Source: Cladosporium halotolerans (Eukaryota). From it: a stretch of 64,000 nucleotides of DNA. Location: the NCBI RefSeq assembly GCF_011745625.1, contig NW_027191460.1:682001-746000 (forward strand), given 5' to 3'. A program made the translations under genes and the position numbers. Positions 55,438 to 64,000 of the stretch are shown piece after piece. The notes below the pieces were generated by a model, which was given only the letters and a program-made list of their open reading frames with translations, had not been told where the DNA came from and made no database searches. Positions within the stretch are counted from its first letter, which is position 1; each line of letters starts with the position of its first letter.

Positions 55438-57969
55438 CTATCCATCGTCCGCTTCCGCATCACCAACACGCACCTCCACAGTTCCCCAAAACCTGCCATT
55501 GCCACTCGCCGGTTGCCCGTCAAACTCCGCTTCCATCGCAACACCCACCGGCCCAACCATCATCCCGAAGGCTCGCAGAGCAGCACTCTCCCTGCCTTCC
55601 AACCAGGGCACGATTCGCCCAAGATACTCATCCCTACTGATCATCATGTGTGGCTTAAGCACCGAAGCTCTCGCGCGAAACCAATCCGCAAGTCCGAGAC
55701 CATCTCGCTCCGGCTGCCGGACCATCCCGAACCCTTGATCGATGCGCGATTGGTCCCAGGGGTGTCTATGAGGCAACACAGCGTAGCCACAGGATTCATA
55801 GCGCACCGTTTGCTGATTGCTGAGAGATTGAATCACTGCTGGCCAGGAGCCTTCGCGGAACAGCTCCTGTCTGTCCGGATCGGAGTAGACGTATGCGTCT
55901 AAGCGCTCGGAGCGAGGGAATGGGTGGGCGGTGAGGGAGACCGAGTCGAGGATTAAGGTGCCAGTGACAGGGCGGGAGTGGGCAAGGGAGAGGAGGGCCG
56001 ACGGAGTGAGATAGCAGTTGGTGAGCGTGAGAGTCTGCACGTGCGGGAACGAGAGGGGCGATATTAGGGATGCAAAGAGGTCGTCGAGAGAGGCGAGAGG
56101 GGCGGGCATGAGGTTTGCGTTGCGGGCGAAGATGCCTTGAGCGTGCTCACCACCATCCGTGAAGCCAAGTCTTAGTTGGCTGACACATTCATTGACCGCA
56201 ATACGATGAAGGATGGCGTGGTAGATTGCGATGGCGCTCGAAGGTGGTTGCGGTGACGTTGCAGCGAGGCCGGCCCCATCCTTCCCGATTGTTCGCCAGT
56301 CCGGGCTGACGAGTAATGTCACGTCTGAGAGTTGCGGGAGAGCTTTCCAGAGTCCAGGACTGTCGAGCTTAGGTAGCAATCCGCTCGAGATTTTCGTTAT
56401 GTTTAGCTTTTTGACCTGATGGAAAATTTGCGGATTGTCGCTCAAGGCGAGGATGTACGTGTCCAGGAATGCGTCCTGAGCCCAGTTAGTTTCGAGAATC
56501 CATTGATTCTGCAGATCCGTCAAATTGAAGGGTGACACAGGGACCTTGTCCTCTCGTGGGTCGCTCGTGGTGTAAAGTACACCGACGCATGGTACAGGAA
56601 TCCGGGACCCTAGAGTGCTGCTGGCTTTGAGCTGAGGCCACACGCTAGTGTCGTCGTAATGAATACCCGCGATTGTAGGCAGGTCCTCGATCTGCAATGG
56701 ACAAATGGCCAAAAGTTCATTTTCCATTGGAGATGCCGCACTCAAACTCCGGTGAGATTCCTCCAGGCACGACCAGAAGTCCTCCGCGTCTCTCGAGTGA
56801 GCACGCTGCTCAGATTCCTCCGTTTCGAAAAGACTTGAAGGTCGATTATGAATTATCCCATGATGCGAGCGGTCGGGGCCCAAAAGATAGCCAAGGCCGT
56901 TGTACATTGACAGGCCAACTTCTTTCACATTGTCGAGTGATGATAACGCTGCTGTCATCCGCGGTGTCTCATCGGCAGACTCTTCAAGATTTGCCAAGCG
57001 GTGGAATCGAGAGTAGCCTGGTGGCGGCCACTCATATACCCCGTGGTAGGCCTGAACTCTATTAAAGCTAGGCTTCGTGGGAGCTACCGTCAGGTCGGCT
57101 TCGTTAACGTCGAATCGGATACCAAATCTCCTCATGTGAGGCCCGAAGCTCTTGAACACCCGCAGGCCATGATTCGGTTGACCCGTTGTTCGATGATTTA
57201 TGAGCTCACTGGGCGGGAGCTTGTGATCCATACGAAGGCCGCCCATGCGTGCTGACATGTCCTCTTCGACCATATCATAGAGCTCCGAGGTGAACGGTAC
57301 AACGACCTCCTTGAACAATGTGTTCGAAATCTTCTTATCGAATTCACTGCATGCCAGTCTCATATTTCTGATGTCGCGGCAGGTCAAATAGTCGGTGATC
57401 ATGCCAAACAGCTCAACAGGGACTGTGTCCATTGGCCAGGAGACGGGTACCGATGTATGCGGGTTATTGCTTTCTTGATTGATGGGGTCGATTGGTGACG
57501 ATTGTTGCTGGGTCGATGGTTTAGTAGAAACATTTCTATGCGATCTCGCCGCCGCAACATGTGTTTTCGTCTTCGGAAGCACATCAATCGCGTCAACCGG
57601 AGAGGCGCAATTATGTCCGGCCTTTGCGAGGGGGAGATATCTGACTTCCACTGTAGGTGCAACTGATCCAACAACCTTCGCCTCGAATAGGGTGACAGAG
57701 TGCAGCGGTACATCGTCGGACCCGGTGTGCATCAGAGCTCTCAGGTCGCGAAGGGTGTTCAGATGGATTGGACGTGCGTTCCGGCCATGTGGCACGAAAG
57801 CCGCCGCACGAGGGTTGAGAGTCGCATTGGGCTCGAGCGCTCTGTTAGAGAGCCTTCGCGGAGCTCGATCCGTTCCATTCGTGGGATTGACTGTGAGACC
57901 TTCATTGTTTGTGGCAAGATTGGCTTCCGTCGTTGGCAGGAAAGACAATGGGTTGTACCCTTCCGCCAT
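55438..57969 (-). CDS. F-box domain protein
   Basis: Long ORF with F-box-like VPVELFGMITDYLTCRDIRNMRLACSEF..LFKEVVVPF followed by LRR-like segments. Confidence 0.82.
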   Translation of the reverse strand: MAEGYNPLSFLPTTEANLATNNEGLTVNPTNGTDRAPRRLSNRALEPNATLNPRAAAFVPHGRNARPIHLNTLRDLRALMHTGSDDVPLHSVTLFEAKVVGSVAPTVEVRYLPLAKAGHNCASPVDAIDVLPKTKTHVAAARSHRNVSTKPSTQQQSSPIDPINQESNNPHTSVPVSWPMDTVPVELFGMITDYLTCRDIRNMRLACSEFDKKISNTLFKEVVVPFTSELYDMVEEDMSARMGGLRMDHKLPPSELINHRTTGQPNHGLRVFKSFGPHMRRFGIRFDVNEADLTVAPTKPSFNRVQAYHGVYEWPPPGYSRFHRLANLEESADETPRMTAALSSLDNVKEVGLSMYNGLGYLLGPDRSHHGIIHNRPSSLFETEESEQRAHSRDAEDFWSCLEESHRSLSAASPMENELLAICPLQIEDLPTIAGIHYDDTSVWPQLKASSTLGSRIPVPCVGVLYTTSDPREDKVPVSPFNLTDLQNQWILETNWAQDAFLDTYILALSDNPQIFHQVKKLNITKISSGLLPKLDSPGLWKALPQLSDVTLLVSPDWRTIGKDGAGLAATSPQPPSSAIAIYHAILHRIAVNECVSQLRLGFTDGGEHAQGIFARNANLMPAPLASLDDLFASLISPLSFPHVQTLTLTNCYLTPSALLSLAHSRPVTGTLILDSVSLTAHPFPRSERLDAYVYSDPDRQELFREGSWPAVIQSLSNQQTVRYESCGYAVLPHRHPWDQSRIDQGFGMVRQPERDGLGLADWFRARASVLKPHMMISRDEYLGRIVPWLEGRESAALRAFGMMVGPVGVAMEAEFDGQPASGNGRFWGTVEVRVGDAEADDG

Positions 57970-58018
57970 GGTGCAGATTGCCGAAAACGGGGTACGGTGC
58001 ACAGCTCAAGAAAGTGCT

Positions 58019-58176
58019 GAGACGTAATGATGTGTTTCTCTGCTGAACCTTAGTGAACGGTCGGCTTGATAGTGGCTTCTCAAGCTCGCCGTATGCAGAG
58101 ACGTAATGATGTGTTTCTCTGCTGAATCTTAGTGAACGGTCGGCTTGATAGTGGCCTCTCAAGCTCGCCGTATGCA
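58019..58176. repeat. Near-perfect tandem duplication, 2 x 79 bp
   Basis: Units 58019-58097 and 58098-58176 differ only at two C/T positions. Confidence 0.95.
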
Positions 58177-58952
58177 ACGTGATAATCCCAAGTAGAAGTG
58201 GTTGCGTGCGGGCGCTTTTTGTCGGCGTCACTACTCCGCGGCGCAGATCGCGAGAGCAGTGACTCTTGCAGGTTAGGGAAGTATCGCAAGATCAAGGAGT
58301 GAGATGCTTTTGCAATGCAATGCAATGATCGATTTGCAGAAGGGGGATGACAGCCTGTGGCTTTGGCTTGCGATCAATTGTGGAGCTGACGCCGACTGGT
58401 GAGGGAAGGAAGGAGCCTTGGAGTGTCAGCGGGCGCCAAGCGGCGGTCAAGAACGAGCATCGATGGTGACTGAAGTGTCGCAGGCCCCCGTCGCAGCACC
58501 TGCTTCCACCAAGCACCTGCACGCATGTGACAGCGAGTGAATCTCCTGAGAGCCATTTACTGCCAGTCACAAGTCGCGCGCGGAGACCGTGCCGAGGCGT
58601 GAGCCCCGGCTTGTGATTGAGTTGCGGCATCGCGGCCTCGCACCTCGCAAGGCTGAAGAGTTTCGCAACAATGTACCCTACTTTCAGAACACGTTTGCTG
58701 CCAGGTAAACAGCGTCTTGACAGTCTGTAGCACCCAAAAGTACTAGCCGCGAACTGGATCCTTCAAGGTTGTCGGCTGGGTCAATTCAGCTGGACACGAG
58801 TCACGTGATGCCAGATTTGCTGCTCATTCAAAAGGTATGTACACGGGCATGCAGCGCTGCACTTGCAGTTGCAATTTGCCATGATCAAAGCAGTTCGCCC
58901 CTCAACGCCGTAATCTCACTTCTACCGAGCCATCAATCCGATGCGATAGTGC

Positions 58953-59533
58953 TTAAAACTCCGCGATGGTGTCGCCACGCAGCTTGCCGCGGAGGTTCCA
59001 CTTGCCCTGCAATGTCGTCTTAGCATACGGTCTTTTTTACACAGCAGTATTTTCTCGCAGCTGGGAAGAGTCCACATCGCACCAGTCGCGCTCTTGTATG
59101 CTGAGCGCACTGGCTTCTCCGGGCCCTGGGACCATAAAACGGGAGCTCATACCTCAGTCTTGTAGGCCATGTAGAGGAAGGCCGAAGGAACGGCGATCAC
59201 GTAGGCGAAGGAGATCCAAGCAGTGCGCGGCGTCCAGCGGAAGTACTCGTGCCTCTTGACGTACATGTCTGGCGAGGGTCATCAGCGCAAATTCCACCAC
59301 TCCAAGCCGCTCGTCGCGTCCAATGTCCCATAGCTCTTGCGCAACTCGTCCGACAACTCTGCCGCTTTCGAACAAGAGGTCGCTTCATCCATTGGTATTC
59401 TCGGATCCGGGTTGGGGGAACGTACTCGCATAGCGAACAAGCGCCGGGTCAAGGTTGACGGCTGCAGGCATTGTCAGCTTCCAGGCGAGCGCGCGCATAT
59501 GTCCCAGGCCTCCGTACCGTTGCCACCGGCCAT
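58953..59533 (-). CDS. NDUFB4: NADH:ubiquinone oxidoreductase small accessory subunit (NDUFB4/B15-type, 73 aa); absent from ORF track
   Basis: Exons 59533-59518, 59461-59426, 59268-59153 and 59006-58953 give [73 protein letters not shown], with DPAL..R..YFRWT motif and one TM helix. Confidence 0.88.
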
Positions 59534-59857
59534 CTTTGCGAGCGTAGGCCTCATATCTGCGGTGTGTGAAGTGTATTTGGTGCTTTCTCAAGGCCTGCCT
59601 CGCGACATAGCTGTTGACGTCGCGCAGGGAGCGGCGGTCTCGAGCGGGAGTGGCCGAGGGAAGGTCGGCCGGTGCCTCGGTGCCCGCCGGACGTTTGGAC
59701 GAAGAGGGACAATCCATTGCGCAGCCAGCTCCGGAAGACTGGGAACCCGAGGAGCCTTGCGGCCGTAGTGACATCGTCTTCAGTTGATAAGCGTGCCGTC
59801 GCGTTCTGTGGTCCGCAATCTTAGAATCCGTAGTATCACATCGACATTCCCTGCAAA

Positions 59858-60900
59858 ATGGCGGAAACACAAGAGCAGAAGCCGAAGGTCACCCTCCACT
59901 GGTCAGTTCTCCATGCTTGATTTAGAGACATTGTCTCCTATGTGTGCGCAGACAAGATGGAGAGACGGCGCCACGATTGCAGTGTTCACTACTGCATTCG
60001 ATGGACCTCCCTCAGAAATAAGGCGCCAACCGCCCAGTCTCCAGAAACACACCAGATCCCCACTTATCAGAACACACCAATAATCTAACATCTCGTCGAC
60101 GGTAGGCTTGAAAAGTCTCGCTCCCAGCGTGTCGTCTGGCTGCTTGAAGAATGCTCCAAGAGCGTAGACTACGACATCACAGTCTACAAGCGCCAGTCCA
60201 ACAAGCTCGCTCCGCCTGAGCTCAAAGCCGTGCACCCTCTGGGCAAATCGCCCGCTATCACCGTCACGGCCCCGACCCTTGACAAGCCGCTCGCCATCGC
60301 CGAGAGTGCTGTCATCTTCGAGTATCTGTGTGACCACTTCGCCCAGCACCTCGTTCCCAAGCGCTACCGGGATGGTCTCGAAGGCAAGGTCGGCGGCGAG
60401 ACGGAGCAGTGGCTGCGGTACAGGTTTTACATGCACTATGCCGAGGGCAGCTTGATGTCTTTGCTCATGATTGCCATGTTCATGGACAGTACGTGACGAG
60501 TTCCCGTGACCACTTCAGACGAGTCGAAGGCTGACCATTCTTGAAAGACATCCGCAACTCCCCCGTCCCCTTCTTCATCAAGCCCGTCACCCGCGGCATC
60601 GCCGACAAAGTCGATAGCCTCTACCTGCTCGACAACTACGCCACGCACTTTTCTTTCCTGGAGTCGCAGCTTGCTTCTTCGCCTGACAATGGCGAGTTCC
60701 TCTGCGGTGCCGAGTTGACTGCTGCCGACATTCTGATGTCGTTCCCCCTCATTGCCGCTGGCTCGCGCGTCGACGCAGGCAAGTACCCTAAGCTTAAGGC
60801 TTTTATCGGGAGACTGGAGAAGCATCCGGGTTACGTGGACAGCGTGAAGAAGATTGAGGAGGTTAGCGGCATGCCATTTGAGTTCAGACCCACGCCGTAG
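59858..60900 (+). CDS. Glutathione S-transferase (Gtt1-like)
   Basis: Introns 59902-60105 and 60489-60547; motifs LHWLEKSRSQRVVWLLEE, HPLGKSP, AESAVIFEYL, HYAEGSLM and LTAADILMSFPL. Confidence 0.93.
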
Positions 60901-61242
60901 AGAAGGGCGGAAATTGCTTCATTCGGTTTACAAGGGGTTGGTGAGTACCATTTGGTTGGGTAATTCGGGAACAAGTCAGCACAGCGTTTCCCGCTGGCTT
61001 GGATTGAAGAATATACTTCGTATCATGCTCTCTCATATCATTACATTATAATAGTTTGCCATGGTAGTGGAGAATGCCATAACCTCCAGAATATCCAAAA
61101 CCAAGGTCTGAACACATAGCCATATCTGTACGGTTACCCGCGGAAGTCGTGTGTACACAAAACACCATCCCAATGAACGCCAAGCCATGTCGCATCTAAA
61201 AATGCTTCACAGTATTTTCCTTGAATCGCGATTGCGACACAT

Positions 61243-62534
61243 CTAGGTCGTCTTGAGAACCTTCGGCTGCGGCGGGGGCGGCAGCTCGGTGCCGAAGACA
61301 CGGTCCCAGAAGCGGCTGGTGACACCAAAGCCGTTCTCGTAATCCGCAAAGTGGTGCTGGAGGTGGTACTTCTTGAGCTCGCGGTAGTAAGCGGGGAGGC
61401 TAAAATGAAAAGTCAGTCAAATAATTCAGATTGACACTGCGCAGGAACAAGGTGTACATACCTCTTGTGGTGCAGGAAGTAGTGGGTGCAGTCGTAGCAG
61501 ATGTAGCCGAAGATGCCACCGCAGTAGACCGCCACTGCGGCGTACCAGTTGTAGAAGAAGACGGTGTGCGCGAGCTTCCAGAAGGGCGTCGCAAGCACGA
61601 GGAACAGCGTCGGGGGCATGACGAGGCGCAGGCGGTCCATGGGAAGGTAGTGGTGAATGCCGTGAAGGAGGAAGTGAAGAGTTAGCGCGGCGCGGTTGTC
61701 GGGCAGGTAGTGGTCGACGTGGAACAGACACCTGTGCATGCCGTACTCGACGATGGTCCAGATGCAGAGGCCGACGATCCAATACGCGGCTGTGACCAGC
61801 GGATTGCCGAAATGCTGCGCCGCGAGGTACGTGCCGTAGACGACGGGTGGGAGCCAGAAAGCGGGCACGACGTACCAGGGAGTCTTAGAGAGCGGCTCGA
61901 GAAAGTTGCCGAACAGAGGCGCACTCTCACCACCCTTGTAGTGTCGCGGACGGTGGACCTGCTGCAAGTAAAACTCCTTGCTGAAGCCGCCATTCCAGAC
62001 CTGCATTAAGAGAGGCCTGTCGAGGTCGAGGAACTTGTGCTTCTTGTAATCCGCCTTCGTGTCCGTCTCCTTGCTCAAATCCTCCTCGTTGCTCATGCCT
62101 GTGCTCTCATACACAGGCCTCCCCTCCTCGTCCTGCCCAACCTCGACCTTTGCCCTCGCCTTAACGTCGCTGTCTTTGCCCAGGCGCTCGAGCTCCTTCA
62201 AGCCCTTCTGGTTCGGCTCCATGGGGACGATGGAGAACGGATCTGTGCTCTCCTTGACGCCATCCATCACCTCCTCGGTGGCTACAAAGCCGATTAAATG
62301 GTCGTCCAGGATCTCCCATGCGCTCTCGCTGTGCGCGTGCGACACCTCGTCTTCCATGATCTCCTTAACATCCTTGCCAGCATACTCGAGGACGAGGTCC
62401 GCGCCGCCAGGGTGGTCGTCCAGAAAGGGTGTGATGTCGTAGACCTTCGTGCCAACAGTCACGTAGCAGGACTTAGCGGTGTTGTGCGAGGCCACCTCAG
62501 CCGTGGGAAGGGTTGGGAGGGTTCTGCCTGGCAT
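61243..62534 (-). CDS. SCS7: Sphingolipid fatty acid 2-hydroxylase with N-terminal cytochrome b5 domain
   Basis: HPGG cytochrome b5 motif; EYGMHRCLFH, LHGIHHYLPMD and HYFLHH. Intron 61461-61400; last exon KKYHLQHHF..GFGVTSRFWDRVFGT. Confidence 0.96.
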
Positions 62535-63207
62535 TGTCGCGTACAAGGAGGGGCTGCGGGCGGTACTAGTTGCGGGATGATGCGAATCGATCAGGCGACT
62601 GACTAGTCCGCGGAGAGTGTTAGGCAGTACAACACAGGATGGCGAGCGACAGGGAGCGTGCAGAGCGCAAAAAAGGAGTGAAGGTGCGAGTGGAAGAGCA
62701 GGCAACGTCCAATCTCGGCGTTCAGCGGATCAGTTTTGGGTGGCGAGACTTTCTGGCGGATCATCAAACATCAAACCACGCCGGCGCGCCCCTTCTTTCT
62801 CAGGGTTCTCGGAGCCGCCCGCCACCACTTGGCGATCGATCTGCTCCGCTCATGTCCGTAGGTCCGTCTTTTTCATCTCCACCGCAACCTGTACTGTAGA
62901 CAGACATCGTAGAATTCATTCATTAACCGCCAAGCTTCACAACCTGAAGGTTTGTGCCGTCGTACATCCAATGGCTTTCACAGCCAGAGTCTATTTATAT
63001 AAGCCATCGAGGAAAGTGGCGTAAGCCTGACTAAGGCAAAGAGGCCTCTTCGCGCCTACAACAGTATCTCGAAATTTTATTGAGAGCACGATAATACTAT
63101 CACCTCTGGATCTCTGAAAATGATCTTCAGTCGGCCATTAGTTGCCACAAATGTTCACCTAGATGATGAATCACCGCGGACATCCTGGAGTTCCAGTTCT
63201 ATGTGTT

Positions 63208-64000
63208 CTACAAAAATCCACTTTCATCATTCTTCGCCTTTTCGCACGTGAAAGCTTCGATCTTGACAGCCTGGAGATACAGCTCAGTTGTAGCTTCGCC
63301 ATTGCCGCCCGTGGTTCCCGTTCTCAGCCTCCACTGACTTCTTTTCAGGGTCCACTCTCGATCAGGCCCCAGACAGCCCATAGCGACGTCCTTCTTCCTC
63401 AGACTGTCGCAGATATCTTCGACTCCTTGAAAAAGCCCAGTGGTGCTTCTTGATCCATCAATCACTACGCTAGCCTCAGGAATCACAGACACCGGCAATT
63501 GGTTGTTCCTGTCCAACCAAAGCACGTCGTTGTCGAGGGATAAGTCCAGTCTGCTCCTGATCGCATCGATCAATTCTGTAATCCTCGCCAGCGTCCGTCC
63601 GAAGAATTGGATCTTTCCTTTCGTCCCGTCATGACCTGGTATTCGCGACGCTGGCCGTAACACCGCACCGTCTTCCTCGCGAATTTCCAAAACCAACACA
63701 TGGGCCTCCTCGTCCACGTATGGCCGTGAGTAGTACACCTGCCCAAGCGCCCCCGATTCGCCGTCAGATATGACGTCCCCGGGATTGTCGATTTCGTCCC
63801 CGACGAACGAAACGCCGGACTGCCGAACGTCTTCCAGCCGTAAGCGTATCTCCGACCTTTGCCTGATAGCGTCGTAGCTGATTCGATGCGGGATCAAAGT
63901 CTGCTCAAGCCCTTTCAGGTGGTAGTATCTAGCGTCTCGTAGCAGGGCTGCCCGATGCTCGTCGTTCCTCACCTCTAGCGTATATCCTTTGAGCGCATGC
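63208..64000 (-). CDS. BTB/POZ-domain protein, C-terminal part (5' end beyond window)
   Basis: LKGYTLEVRNDEHRAALLRDARYYHLKGLEQ is typical of the end of a fungal BTB_2-type domain; also Y.RPYVDE and WTLKRSQWRLR. Confidence 0.75.
   Translation of the reverse strand, partial: HALKGYTLEVRNDEHRAALLRDARYYHLKGLEQTLIPHRISYDAIRQRSEIRLRLEDVRQSGVSFVGDEIDNPGDVISDGESGALGQVYYSRPYVDEEAHVLVLEIREEDGAVLRPASRIPGHDGTKGKIQFFGRTLARITELIDAIRSRLDLSLDNDVLWLDRNNQLPVSVIPEASVVIDGSRSTTGLFQGVEDICDSLRKKDVAMGCLGPDREWTLKRSQWRLRTGTTGGNGEATTELYLQAVKIEAFTCEKAKNDESGFL

Noticed and set aside
1..64000. Transposons, RIP-degraded AT-rich blocks, CRISPR arrays, secondary-metabolite core genes
   Set aside because: No transposase or RT motifs, TIRs, LTRs, spaced repeats or PKS/NRPS domains were seen.

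Overview
Gene-dense eukaryotic DNA from a filamentous ascomycete (short GT-AG introns with CTRAC branch points; probably a Dothideomycete, by inference only). About 27 protein-coding genes are supported. Housekeeping genes include ARL2, YSH1/CPSF73, TAF4, SDA1, importin-beta, SUR2, APC10, complex I NDUFB4, a GST and SCS7. There are also a PPR protein, a histidine phosphatase, a Zn2Cys6 factor paired with a lactonase, and PTH11-like, F-box, LysM, VWA, GNAT, SRPBCC and BTB proteins. Three tRNAs (Tyr, Ser, Pro) and two disrupted genes (HET-domain, GH2 relic) are present. Two small multi-exon genes are invisible in the ORF track. The most interesting signals are (i) a ~300-nt highly base-paired, oligo-T-terminated candidate ncRNA at 31181-31499 (minus) with RNase P/MRP-like topology but non-canonical core motifs, and (ii) a long, nested-hairpin intron in the pre-mRNA 3'-end endonuclease YSH1 that hides an internal branch point/AG|GT site and carries an AATAAA, suggesting autoregulation. 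No transposon or CRISPR was seen. All folding and splicing was done by eye.
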